64,000 bases of DNA from a virus, in the IMG/VR virus record IMGVR_UViG_3300044675_005311, positions 8,653 through 72,652 of that record; one strand, 5' to 3'. The notes below the pieces were generated by a model. It was not told the origin of the DNA. It was given only the letters and a program-made list of their open reading frames with translations, and ran no database searches. This document shows positions 20,045 to 29,399 of the stretch, in pieces (the first letter of the stretch is position 1; each line of letters opens with the position of its first letter). The position numbers were made by a program, and so were the translations under genes.

Positions 20045-21828
20045 TGGACGTAATAGAAGCATTGGGAGGTTGGAGAAATGTCAACCAAGAAAAACTAGAA
20101 CAAATCAAGGTGGATAACCCACCCTTGTATAATGCCATTACAAAAGCAATTAACTTGTTGGCAAAAAAGTATGGGGGCGAAGATATTGTAATTGAAAAAC
20201 CAATGGAGGTAGTTGAGGAAAAGGCAACTACTATTGAAAGCGAAGTGGAATCCGATTATGCCTTTCTTAAAAGAATGGAAATATTAAATTTAACCAAAGG
20301 AGAATATATTTTTAGGAGTGATATTGTCGACTCTATGATGAGAGAGATTAATGTAGATTTTATTTCCGTTAGAGAAAAGTATGAATCATCCGTGCAACAA
20401 AAACTTGACGATTTAGATGCGCGGGGTTTAGTATCAGAATTATCACTTGACATATATAAAATTAGTAATGCGGGTAAAGCATTGATTGATAGTTTTGAAT
20501 TGAAAAACAAACAACTTGAGGAATTAGGGCCGAGTGACGAAGACCTCAAATTGGAAATATTGCAACGGATGGCGGATTATTATGATGGTAATGAATTTCA
20601 ATCATTAAGCCAAGATGATATAATTACAAACGCCGTAAAACACCAATTTGATATTCCATCAAATAAATATTTTGGTATTGTCGTAAAATTATTACGAGAT
20701 GGATTTGTTGAAAAAGACCCAAATGGGCCAACGGATTCTATTAGCCTTACAATGGAAGGGTATGATAAATCACAAGGTTGGTTTGAAGTAAATCCAAACG
20801 AAGAAGAACCAAGTGAAAATTTGGATGTCCCATACTTGCGAATGATTCAAAAATTGAAAGAGAGAAAAGGTGATTGGGTAACTATTGAAGATATTGTAGC
20901 GGAAAAGGGTGTTCCCAATATGCTTACAAGACAAGAATATATCGATGCTCAAAAGACTATATTGGATGATTTAGAGAAAAGAGATTTGGTAAATAGAGTA
21001 GCGAACGAATATATTTTAAGTTATAATGGTCAAAAATTATTAGCCTTAAACCCCGAAATAGAAACCCCAATAGAAGAACCTGCTCAAGCGCAATTAAGCG
21101 ATTTACTAATAAGCATTTTAGAAGCGGTGCAAGAAGTGAGTGCAATAAAACGTGGGGGTGGTTTTGTTTCAATAAAAGAAATTTGGCCATACAATATGGG
21201 AATAATGCCTATAAATTATGCGGTTTATCAAATGGATTTGACTACCCCAAGTTTACAACAAGATTTGGCAATTTTATATTTGGGAGGATATTTGGAACAA
21301 ACAAATTATGGAGGGACTAATGAACCAAAAAATTATAGGTATCGTTTGAGCCAAAAAGGTAAGGACTTTTTGAACTTTGTAAATGTTTTGAAAAAAACAC
21401 AACCAACACCGCCAACAACCACAACCAATTTACGACCATCGCCTACCGATAGCGCAACTATGTACCCTACGGGAAGAATTAAAGTCGGTAACGATGCAAA
21501 TCTATGGAAAGTTACGGAGAACAAGAATGGTGTGAAGCGTTGGGTAAAGGTTGGTGGTATTCCGAGTGAATTACCCGACCCAACGAATGTAGATTTAGGT
21601 ACTTACACAATGGACAAAGCGGGTCAAACTTATAGAGTTTCGCTTGTTAAAGGCAATAAAAAAGAATGGGTAGAAGTTGACTCAATTGCCAACCCTACAC
21701 CCGTAGAAACACCCATTTCCGAAATTGACGAAGATGAAGTAGATTTGGATATTTTAGAACAACAATTAAATGACGACTCTTTGGAGTTTGATTTAACCGA
21801 CGAAGACTTAGACAATTTAGAATTTTAA
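20044..21828 (+). CDS. Multi winged-helix protein with RPSP...GND...W...NG.KRW module and acidic tail
   Basis: Four segments ending L...G(L/F/Y)V/L...Y.(I/L)(S/T)..G; LRPSPTDSATMYPTGRIKVGNDANLWKV. Confidence 0.6.
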   Translation: MDVIEALGGWRNVNQEKLEQIKVDNPPLYNAITKAINLLAKKYGGEDIVIEKPMEVVEEKATTIESEVESDYAFLKRMEILNLTKGEYIFRSDIVDSMMREINVDFISVREKYESSVQQKLDDLDARGLVSELSLDIYKISNAGKALIDSFELKNKQLEELGPSDEDLKLEILQRMADYYDGNEFQSLSQDDIITNAVKHQFDIPSNKYFGIVVKLLRDGFVEKDPNGPTDSISLTMEGYDKSQGWFEVNPNEEEPSENLDVPYLRMIQKLKERKGDWVTIEDIVAEKGVPNMLTRQEYIDAQKTILDDLEKRDLVNRVANEYILSYNGQKLLALNPEIETPIEEPAQAQLSDLLISILEAVQEVSAIKRGGGFVSIKEIWPYNMGIMPINYAVYQMDLTTPSLQQDLAILYLGGYLEQTNYGGTNEPKNYRYRLSQKGKDFLNFVNVLKKTQPTPPTTTTNLRPSPTDSATMYPTGRIKVGNDANLWKVTENKNGVKRWVKVGGIPSELPDPTNVDLGTYTMDKAGQTYRVSLVKGNKKEWVEVDSIANPTPVETPISEIDEDEVDLDILEQQLNDDSLEFDLTDEDLDNLEF

Positions 21829-21832
21829 ACCG

Positions 21833-24800
21833 ATGAAAGAATCAATAAAAAAGAAGTTCGACTCTATCGACAAATCAAAAATAAAGGTAGAATCAACAAA
21901 AGAATTTTTAGGAAAACTTGAGAAAGGACTCAATAGTAAAACACAAGAAAATGCTGACAAGGCGGAAGCATTGCTAGACAAATTCATTGCCCAAGCAAAG
22001 GCAAAGAACGCGGATATTTTCGTATCTAATAAGCCCGCACCTACACTTACACCTACCGCTAAGAAAAAGGCCAACCAAGTCGTTAAAAGCAAATTGGATT
22101 CCCTTATGGACACCATTGCTAATGACCCGTTGTTGAAGGACTTTAACAACTCGCGTAGGACAAAAGGCGGTGGAAAGAGCGACCCATTGATTGATAGCGA
22201 AAGAAAGGCTATTCAAAGTGGCCCTAGGATATCTAAGCAAGGTTGGAAGAACCAATATGGTAAAAGCACGGGTGGTCGTAAGTACTACGAGTACCGCGAA
22301 AACCGCATTGATAGAAAAGCACCAAATTACGGAAGTAGGCCGTGGCTAAAAGAGGGCGGATTCATTCACCCTAGCGATGCCAATGCCGACAAATACGTCG
22401 TGGTTGAAATCAAAGCGGATGGTTCAAGAAGAGAACACAACCATTTCGGTGATTTGGAAACGGCTAGGATGTTTGCGTCATTGAAGCGTGAGTTTTTACC
22501 AAAGGGTAGCCAATTGATGATTGAGGACAAAAACGGAAAGAATTTGTATCGTAGTTTCAAGAGTGGTGGCTATATGGCCGATGGTGGAATGATGGCTAAA
22601 GGTGGTGTAATTGAGGAGGGTGATGATGTTTTTGTAAAACCCGAAAAATTGAATGCGGAAGTAGTTCGTATTACGGGGGAAAATGTTGTAGTAGAATTTT
22701 ATAATAGAAGACCCGAAGGTGGTGAGAAGAGAGGGAATTATAAAATTAAAGACCTTAAAAAGATGGCCAATGGTGGTATGATGGCAAAGGGTGGAAAGGC
22801 TTATTATTTAAAGCCTCAGGAGAATATTGACAAGTTGTTTGAGCGTCAGAAAAAACGACTCGCTGATATGAAACGAAATGATGACCAATTGATGTTGTTG
22901 CAAGGCATAAATTACTTAAATAAAAAAAATGATGAAGATGAAGAAAAGTATGTCATTTTGTTTTTTGAGTCTGAAACACCATTTACTCGATTTGATTTAG
23001 AGTATCATAGAGAAAAATTAATCAAATTAGGGTATTTAGCAGATATAGATGAAACATATTTGGTAACACCGAAAGGTGAAGAGTATTTAAAACAACATAA
23101 TGAAAAAGAGTTGGCGAGAAAAATGGCCAATGGTGGAATGATGGCCAAAGGTGGTGTAATTGAGGAGGGTGATGATGTTTTTGTAAAACCCGAAAAATTG
23201 AATGCGGAAGTAGTTCGTATTACGGGGGAAAATGTTGTAGTAGAATTTTACGATAGAAGACCCGAAGGTGGTGAGAAGAGAGGAAATTATAAAATTAAAG
23301 ACCTAAAGAAATTGGCCAATGGTGGTATGATGGCCGATGGTGGCAAAGTTAGATGGCAAGATGTTTATGTTGGTGACAACGCATTGGTGATAGCCGAAAA
23401 CAAGATGGGTATGGTAGTGAAGCCTTATGGCCGTAGATTCCATTTGAAGTTCCCCGATGGTTCGGAAAAAACCTATTCGGCGGAAGAGTTGGAGTTTTTC
23501 AAGGATGAGGAATTTGCCAAAGGTGGTTATACCAACAAACGAAATGTACTTAGTTTGGTTGTCAAAAACCCAAATAAGAATGGGATTAAAAAATATTTGT
23601 CTATTAATCCAAAAGACTTTTTAGATGGATTGCACGAATATGCCAAAGGTGGTAAATTAACCGATGATTATACTTACATCAAGCGTAGCGAAGTTGAACA
23701 CGTCATATATCGCGATAGCAATGGTAAAGAGCAATTAGATTTCAAACCCAAGAATGGATTTTGGGTAAGCAAAAAGGCACTTGTTGATGCGGGTATGAAT
23801 GAAACAAAAGCCAAGTTTGATGCTAAAGAGGTTGCCAACGAATTAACTGCTTTATCCAACAAAGCGTGGGACACTTTATCAATTCAAAGCGGAAGTGAAA
23901 TTTATGCCTCCGACGATTTGCAAGAGAATTTAGCCGATGAATATCGAAAAGTAGGTATTGATAAAATTTACGGACAACTTACCCAACCCGAACGCAAAAA
24001 AGTAAGCGCGGTACTTACCGATGAGAACGAGCATAGTTTGAGAAACTACCTTGCGTTACGCGGTTATAATGGCGAAGCGGAATTTAAGAATTATGCAAAA
24101 ATGTACGACGAGTCATTTGCAAAATTTGGATATAGGTCAAATTGGAATCCCAAAAATGTAGATTTAAAACTTGGGTCATTTGCCAAAGGTGGTATGATGA
24201 CCGATGATGAAGGAAATTCAATTAATTTAAAAGTTGGAGATAAAGTTGTTGAATACAAAAGACCAAGTTCGGATAAACCGAAAAAACAATATGGTGGTCA
24301 AGGTGAGATAATTTCAATTAATGGCGCAATGGCTAAAGTATTTTTTGATTCAACGAACTATGAAAAATTTTATCCTTTGAAAGACCTTAAAAAGATGGCT
24401 AATGGTGGAATGATGGCCAAAGGCGGGACTATTGCCGATGGAGAAAAACTACCCGAAGATATGGGTAGGTACTTTATCAAGACTAGCAAGACCAAAGTGG
24501 TGAATATGTCCGATTTGATTCCGTTGCGCAAACGTGCTACGGGTATCGCTAATGCCGAGAAAAATATGAAGATGGCTTACGATGGAGAAATGGATAAGCG
24601 TAAGCCTATCACTATCTACAAGAGCCAACGCAAGTATCGCATAATGGATGGTAACTCTACCTATGCGGTTGCAAAAGCAAACGGATGGGAAACCATTTGG
24701 GCCGAGATTGTCAAGAACCCCAATATGAAAAACGGACTTAAACGCACCGATGATATTTTTTCAAGAGCAAAATCAATTCGTAAAGAAGGAGAGGCTTGGA

Positions 24801-24835
24801 AAGATGCGTTACAACGTGCAAAAGCAATGAAATAA
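21833..24835 (+). CDS. Modular protein with about 15 [MFYL]xxGG linkers; KOW/SH3-like, wHTH and C-terminal ParB-like modules
   Basis: MADGG/MAKGG/MANGG/FAKGG/YAKGG; IEEGDDVFV, LKVGDKVV; RKPITIY...YRIMDGNSTYAVAK. Confidence 0.8.
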   Translation: MKESIKKKFDSIDKSKIKVESTKEFLGKLEKGLNSKTQENADKAEALLDKFIAQAKAKNADIFVSNKPAPTLTPTAKKKANQVVKSKLDSLMDTIANDPLLKDFNNSRRTKGGGKSDPLIDSERKAIQSGPRISKQGWKNQYGKSTGGRKYYEYRENRIDRKAPNYGSRPWLKEGGFIHPSDANADKYVVVEIKADGSRREHNHFGDLETARMFASLKREFLPKGSQLMIEDKNGKNLYRSFKSGGYMADGGMMAKGGVIEEGDDVFVKPEKLNAEVVRITGENVVVEFYNRRPEGGEKRGNYKIKDLKKMANGGMMAKGGKAYYLKPQENIDKLFERQKKRLADMKRNDDQLMLLQGINYLNKKNDEDEEKYVILFFESETPFTRFDLEYHREKLIKLGYLADIDETYLVTPKGEEYLKQHNEKELARKMANGGMMAKGGVIEEGDDVFVKPEKLNAEVVRITGENVVVEFYDRRPEGGEKRGNYKIKDLKKLANGGMMADGGKVRWQDVYVGDNALVIAENKMGMVVKPYGRRFHLKFPDGSEKTYSAEELEFFKDEEFAKGGYTNKRNVLSLVVKNPNKNGIKKYLSINPKDFLDGLHEYAKGGKLTDDYTYIKRSEVEHVIYRDSNGKEQLDFKPKNGFWVSKKALVDAGMNETKAKFDAKEVANELTALSNKAWDTLSIQSGSEIYASDDLQENLADEYRKVGIDKIYGQLTQPERKKVSAVLTDENEHSLRNYLALRGYNGEAEFKNYAKMYDESFAKFGYRSNWNPKNVDLKLGSFAKGGMMTDDEGNSINLKVGDKVVEYKRPSSDKPKKQYGGQGEIISINGAMAKVFFDSTNYEKFYPLKDLKKMANGGMMAKGGTIADGEKLPEDMGRYFIKTSKTKVVNMSDLIPLRKRATGIANAEKNMKMAYDGEMDKRKPITIYKSQRKYRIMDGNSTYAVAKANGWETIWAEIVKNPNMKNGLKRTDDIFSRAKSIRKEGEAWKDALQRAKAMK
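22581..22785 (+). repeat. Direct repeat copy 1 (~205 bp; KOW module with flanking linkers)
   Basis: Near-identical to 23130-23334. Confidence 0.9.
23130..23334 (+). repeat. Direct repeat copy 2
   Basis: Offset 549 bp from copy 1; few, mostly synonymous differences. Confidence 0.9.
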
Positions 24836-25950
24836 TGAAACTATTTACTAAAGCCGACCAAACACTACTACAAAGCCAATGGGGTTTCGGAAGTGACCTT
24901 AAATCCCAAATGGTGTTTGTTAAAATATTCGAGCCTATGCGTAGGGTGTTTTACTATGTAGTGAACCAAGACCCGAACGACCCCGAAAAGATATTCGCGC
25001 TAGAAAAAAGCAATAAGGATGTCAAGTTGGGTTTCTTTCGCAAGAGTGCTATCGAGAATGCCAAATTACCGCCTTACGGATTGCGATTTGAACGCGATAT
25101 GTATTTCAAGCCCGTTTCCGCCCAAGAGTTGTTGGACGGCTTGATAGAGGGTAAGTATTACGCTAAGGGCGGTGAAATCGTTGTGGACATAAACGAAAAG
25201 GTGTACGACAAAGGAAATTACAAAGCAATATTCGGTGACTTCGATAAGGATGGTGTTCCTAACGTAGATGACCCAAACCCGTATAGAAGCGGGGATGAAA
25301 AGTCAATCGAGCAAGTTAGGTTTAGCAAAGTTTTCGCCAAGGTGTTAGACACCAAGATGCAAATGGATAGGCCAATGTATGACATTGTTGAAAAACTAAA
25401 AACAATAGCGCCCAAGGGTTCTAAAATTATCGCTAGGACAAAAACACCTTTTAGCATATTGAATAAGTTGGTCAACAAAAAAATGAATAACATCGAGCCT
25501 AGTATAGCGGGTGACGTGGATGGTTTGACCGACCTAGTGGGAACTACAATCCTAGTAAGCAATTTCCGTTCACTTGACTCTTTGAAGAACAAAATTCTCA
25601 AAGGCGCAATAGGGCAAATATTGGAGTTCAAAGATTATTACGCACATCCAAAAGCGGGGTATATGGCTTACCACTTTATTACTCTTTTCGAGGGCGTGGC
25701 GATAGAAGTTCAAATTAAGACCAAGCGTATGAAACTTTTGAACCAAGCGTCACACTTTGCCTACAAGGAAGAAACATTGGATGCAAAGAAGTTGTTGTAC
25801 TACTCTCAAGTGATGGATAGAGCCGATAAAGGTGATAGAGAAGCCATTCAAGAAGCGAACGATATATTAAGGGATAGGGACAAACTTGCGTATGATTTTT
25901 TCATAAACAAGGCGGAGTATAACCCAAAGAAGCATATTTTTGAAGATTAA
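24835..25950 (+). CDS. DUF2958-like domain fused via YAKGG to RelA/SpoT (small alarmone synthetase) domain
   Basis: N-term ...FERDMYFKP; RTKTPFSILNK, DLVG, GYMAYH, EVQIKT, HFAYK synthetase motifs; start ATG 24835 overlaps upstream TAA. Confidence 0.8.
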   Translation: MKLFTKADQTLLQSQWGFGSDLKSQMVFVKIFEPMRRVFYYVVNQDPNDPEKIFALEKSNKDVKLGFFRKSAIENAKLPPYGLRFERDMYFKPVSAQELLDGLIEGKYYAKGGEIVVDINEKVYDKGNYKAIFGDFDKDGVPNVDDPNPYRSGDEKSIEQVRFSKVFAKVLDTKMQMDRPMYDIVEKLKTIAPKGSKIIARTKTPFSILNKLVNKKMNNIEPSIAGDVDGLTDLVGTTILVSNFRSLDSLKNKILKGAIGQILEFKDYYAHPKAGYMAYHFITLFEGVAIEVQIKTKRMKLLNQASHFAYKEETLDAKKLLYYSQVMDRADKGDREAIQEANDILRDRDKLAYDFFINKAEYNPKKHIFED

Positions 25951-25967
25951 TTATAAAAAAAGACAAT

Positions 25968-26402
25968 ATGAAACGGATTAACGAAACATTGGCTAAAATC
26001 GGGTGTGGCATCACCGATTTGCCCGAACAAATTCAAGAGCGCATCACTTCAATTGAAAAATTGAAAGTGCAAATTGACGAAGCACAAAAAGAGTATGACG
26101 AAAACCCAACCGAAGAGGTGAAAGCCAAATTGGATGATGTTTCCGATTACTACGAAGATTACATTCTAGAAACGTGCGAAACCATTGAAGAGTGGAACGA
26201 ATGGATGATTACTAAAAAGGAAGAAGCCAAAGCGAAAGCAAAAGCCGATGCCGAGCGTAAACAAGCACCCGCACCCGCACCCGTGGTTACCCCCGTCCCC
26301 GAACCCGTTAAGAAAAAAGGAATCGGATTGGGTGGAATCATTATTGGAGTAGCGGTACTTGCCATCACCTTGGGGGCGGTAAATGTAATGAAAGATAAAT
26401 AA
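25968..26402 (+). CDS. Coiled-coil protein with C-terminal TM
   Basis: KKKGIGLGGIIIGVAVLAITLGAV. Confidence 0.7.
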   Translation: MKRINETLAKIGCGITDLPEQIQERITSIEKLKVQIDEAQKEYDENPTEEVKAKLDDVSDYYEDYILETCETIEEWNEWMITKKEEAKAKAKADAERKQAPAPAPVVTPVPEPVKKKGIGLGGIIIGVAVLAITLGAVNVMKDK

Positions 26403-26608
26403 TGGAAGTAACGGCTAATCAAGTATATCACATTTTTGACCCGCAACCTATAAGGTTGTTGGATGTGGTATTTGTTGGCCCACTTATGATTTATGCGGGT
26501 GTGGAAGGAAACTTTCACCCCACAATAAAATTATCACTTATTGTCGTTGGATTTGCAACAATATATTACAACGGAGTCAATTATCACAAGAACTACAATG
26601 GCATATAG
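26402..26608 (+). CDS. Small two-TM membrane protein
   Basis: IRLLDVVFVGPLMIYAG...TIYYNG. Confidence 0.65.
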   Translation: MEVTANQVYHIFDPQPIRLLDVVFVGPLMIYAGVEGNFHPTIKLSLIVVGFATIYYNGVNYHKNYNGI

Positions 26609-26891
26609 GATAACAAATTATACAAAGGCTCAAGCCAAGAAACTCGGAGTTAGTGTTCGAGCATCGTCGGTTAAAGGCAAGAAAATAGATGTTGTCAAGG
26701 ACGGCAAAAAAGTAGCATCCGTTGGTGCAATTGGGTACAACGACTTTCCAACTTTTAAGCGATTAGAAGAAAGAGGTCAAGTACCCAAAGGAACGGCGGA
26801 TAAGCGAAGAGCATTGTATAAAAATAGACACGACAAAGACCGAAAAAAGGTTGGTAGTCGTGGTTATTATGCTGACAAATTGCTTTGGTAA
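26598..26891 (+). CDS. Basic DUF5754-like protein
   Basis: GKKIDV...GAIGYNDF...RRALYKNRH...GYYADKLLW; start ATG 26598. Confidence 0.65.
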   Translation: MAYRITNYTKAQAKKLGVSVRASSVKGKKIDVVKDGKKVASVGAIGYNDFPTFKRLEERGQVPKGTADKRRALYKNRHDKDRKKVGSRGYYADKLLW

Positions 26892-26903
26892 ACAAACAAG
26901 AAT

Positions 26904-27482
26904 ATGAATTTTAGCAACGATAAAATTGGAAAAGCCGTCAAGTTAAAAGGGTATGCCTTTTTCGAGGACGGAGAATTTAATGTTAACATCGTCGGTGTAC
27001 GCAATAGCGCAACGGGTAAAAGAGTGACTAACGCATTCGACGATTGGATGACTTTGAGTTACAAAAAAGACGGAGTATGGAAATACCACGAGTGGCCTTG
27101 TACGACGGACAATGGCGCGGGTACGGCCCGTGTTGTAGAAGGTCAATATCGCGGTTCTCATATCATTCGTAAACATCAAGGAAAGTACGACGCGGTGTGC
27201 CAAGATAGGCCCATCAAAGTTTATCGCGACTATGTAGCGGACGGAGTCTATGATGAATCAAAAATTCAAGAGGGTGTATTCGGTATCAACATTCACAAAG
27301 CGGGTGCGGATAGCATTCAAGTAAATGATTGGTCACACGGATGCCAAGTGTTCAAGCGTGAAAAGGACTTTAACGAGTTCTTGGAAATTTGCAAAAAAGC
27401 GATGGCAATTCACGGAAACCGATTTACCTATACTTTGATTAATAGCAATGACATCGCTATCGCCAACCCACCTATGGTATGA
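26904..27482 (+). CDS. Putative endolysin, L,D-transpeptidase-like His/Cys
   Basis: NIVGVR, NAFDD, GQY, GINIHKAG, WSHGCQV. Confidence 0.65.
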   Translation: MNFSNDKIGKAVKLKGYAFFEDGEFNVNIVGVRNSATGKRVTNAFDDWMTLSYKKDGVWKYHEWPCTTDNGAGTARVVEGQYRGSHIIRKHQGKYDAVCQDRPIKVYRDYVADGVYDESKIQEGVFGINIHKAGADSIQVNDWSHGCQVFKREKDFNEFLEICKKAMAIHGNRFTYTLINSNDIAIANPPMV

Positions 27483-27631
27483 CCACAAATCAAAAAACCA
27501 TAGCACTTGTATCGTTCGTCATTTTGGTGGCGGGTGGTTTTGCATATTTTTATTTTCGTAAAGTATCAGTTCCATTGGAGGGCGTGGATAAAAAGGACAT
27601 TGAGGAATTAAAACAAATTAGAATGGTATGA
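27479..27631 (+). CDS. 50-aa N-terminal TM protein (not in ORF track)
   Basis: MTTNQKTIALVSFVILVAGGFAYFYFRK; ATGA overlaps at both ends. Confidence 0.65.
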   Translation: MTTNQKTIALVSFVILVAGGFAYFYFRKVSVPLEGVDKKDIEELKQIRMV

Positions 27632-28386
27632 GTTACGACATAAAAATTCCCGCAATTAATAAAGAACATAAAGTTCCTAGCAATCAGCCCTCGTGGAAAG
27701 ACCAAGCCATTTCCATAGTGAAAAAATACAAAGGTTTGTATGGTAAGCAATTTCAAGATGCTAGTAACTTAACGGGTATTCCCGTGTGGATGTTAGTAGG
27801 ATTTGCTAGTGTTGAAGGTATGGGTGCAAAGAATGAAACTTTGACAAACGCAACGCCATCAATTATGCAAATGAATCCACGAACCGCGTGGCAAACAATG
27901 AAAGACCAACTTGCTAAAACAAGCGTTACGATTGGAGATTTTTATCCTTTGTATTCCTTGTTACCTACTATTTTTGTGGTTAAAAGAGCAATACCAAAGA
28001 ATTTTTGGGATAGTTCTAATATTAATGTTCGTCAAAATTCGGCTCAAAGTTATCTAGATATAAAGCCCGAAGAAACATCAATTGCATTGATAAGGGCTAA
28101 AATGTTGAGCGATGTGTATTTTGCAATCTTATTAGGTGGAACGCACTTAGCGCAGTTGGGCGCAAAAACAATTAAAGAATCGGGTAAGTTTAGATTAGAC
28201 CATATCATCATTCAATATAATGCGGGTACGGGTAGATTTAAAAGTGCGGTGACGAATAGGAATTTAATTAACGCAGATACTACAAGCCTAGTCAATCAAT
28301 TAGGTATTCCCGTTAGTGAAGCCTACATTATCAAACTAATGGGTACAAATGGCTTTCTAGACGTACAAAAAAAACAATTAGCATAA
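27628..28386 (+). CDS. Lytic transglycosylase (SLT)-like protein
   Basis: GIPVWMLVGFASVE (catalytic E), SIMQM, YNAG. Confidence 0.65.
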   Translation: MSYDIKIPAINKEHKVPSNQPSWKDQAISIVKKYKGLYGKQFQDASNLTGIPVWMLVGFASVEGMGAKNETLTNATPSIMQMNPRTAWQTMKDQLAKTSVTIGDFYPLYSLLPTIFVVKRAIPKNFWDSSNINVRQNSAQSYLDIKPEETSIALIRAKMLSDVYFAILLGGTHLAQLGAKTIKESGKFRLDHIIIQYNAGTGRFKSAVTNRNLINADTTSLVNQLGIPVSEAYIIKLMGTNGFLDVQKKQLA

Positions 28387-28387
28387 T

Positions 28388-28672
28388 ATGACCGCCGTAA
28401 AAAAACCATCAACAAATCCACTGCCAATTTCGTTTGAACAATTCCGCAAGAACCCCGTAGCGGGCGTGGCGTTTCTCGCATTAGTGGGCGTATCTTATTT
28501 GTACTATGATGTAAAATCAAGTTATACGGAACAACTTGAAAATAGCAACAAAAAAATAGATGCGTTGGATTTGAAAATTGACAAATTAGGGTATGCTTTG
28601 AAAAAGTCGGATTCCGCCCTTTCAAGTGCAATTACCGAACTTCGTATCATTAACACAATGAAAAAATTATGA
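28388..28672 (+). CDS. TM plus coiled-coil protein (holin/spanin-like)
   Basis: PVAGVAFLALVGVSYLYY followed by heptads. Confidence 0.55.
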   Translation: MTAVKKPSTNPLPISFEQFRKNPVAGVAFLALVGVSYLYYDVKSSYTEQLENSNKKIDALDLKIDKLGYALKKSDSALSSAITELRIINTMKKL

Positions 28673-29091
28673 AACACATTCTATTAGTATTCGTTACAAT
28701 ATTGTTGTGTATTGAAATATTTACCCCGTTGCGCGCGGTAAATCAACCGCCCGTGGATGAAATTGAAACAATGCTTAAAAAAGTAGAGGGTAACTTGAAA
28801 ATGGCTTCCGCCGTAACATCAGTGGCTAAAGCACAAGGAGAGGCACTTGTAGAAAGTAAAATTGAAGAGAAAAAAGAACTACAAGAAACTTTAGCGAAAG
28901 CCACCGATGAGTTGAAAGTCGCCACCGAAAAGGTAGAGGTATTTTCAACCCGTATGGCGGAGGTTGGCTTAGATACATCAACAACAAGTGATGTGGCTAG
29001 GTTAAGTGGCCCACTATATGAAGAATGGTTAGCATACAAAAAGAACGGCGGAGAGTCGGATTTTGAGTACTATCGCCTATATAAAAAGTAA
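28669..29091 (+). CDS. Signal/TM plus coiled-coil protein
   Basis: MKHILLVFVTILLC; coiled coil. Confidence 0.6.
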   Translation: MKHILLVFVTILLCIEIFTPLRAVNQPPVDEIETMLKKVEGNLKMASAVTSVAKAQGEALVESKIEEKKELQETLAKATDELKVATEKVEVFSTRMAEVGLDTSTTSDVARLSGPLYEEWLAYKKNGGESDFEYYRLYKK

Positions 29092-29094
29092 TTG

Positions 29095-29102
29095 TATATT
29101 TG
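29095..29102 (+). promoter_or_regulatory. -7 element TATATTTG
   Basis: TAnnTTTG 5 nt before ATG 29108. Confidence 0.65.
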
Positions 29103-29107
29103 TAATT

Positions 29108-29389
29108 ATGACTACTAATCAAAAAATATTAATGTACACGGGAATTACCGCCGTCGTGCTATTCGTCGGATATAAATTATTGAAGAAACCCAACGCAAAT
29201 GTTGTGGACGATAGACCCCGCAAACCCGATGGAACGCTTGTAGAAGAAATTCCGCAATCTTTGATTGACCAAGGTTTAGCGAAGGCTAACGAGAGGTTGC
29301 AAACGAAAAAGGCAAAGTACGAAGCCTTATGGAAAAAGTCGGGTAGCAAACTTTCTTTCAAAGAGTGGTATATCGAAAACGCGGATTAA
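29108..29389 (+). CDS. N-terminal TM protein
   Basis: MTTNQKILMYTGITAVVLFVGYKLLKK; C-terminal WKKSGSKLSFKEW resembles the N-terminus of 37643. Confidence 0.7.
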   Translation: MTTNQKILMYTGITAVVLFVGYKLLKKPNANVVDDRPRKPDGTLVEEIPQSLIDQGLAKANERLQTKKAKYEALWKKSGSKLSFKEWYIENAD

Positions 29390-29399
29390 AAAAAGAACT

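Noticed and set aside
22581-23334. Repeat pair as a DGR template/variable repeat
   Set aside because: Differences are not adenine-specific and are mostly synonymous; both copies are in frame; no reverse transcriptase in the window
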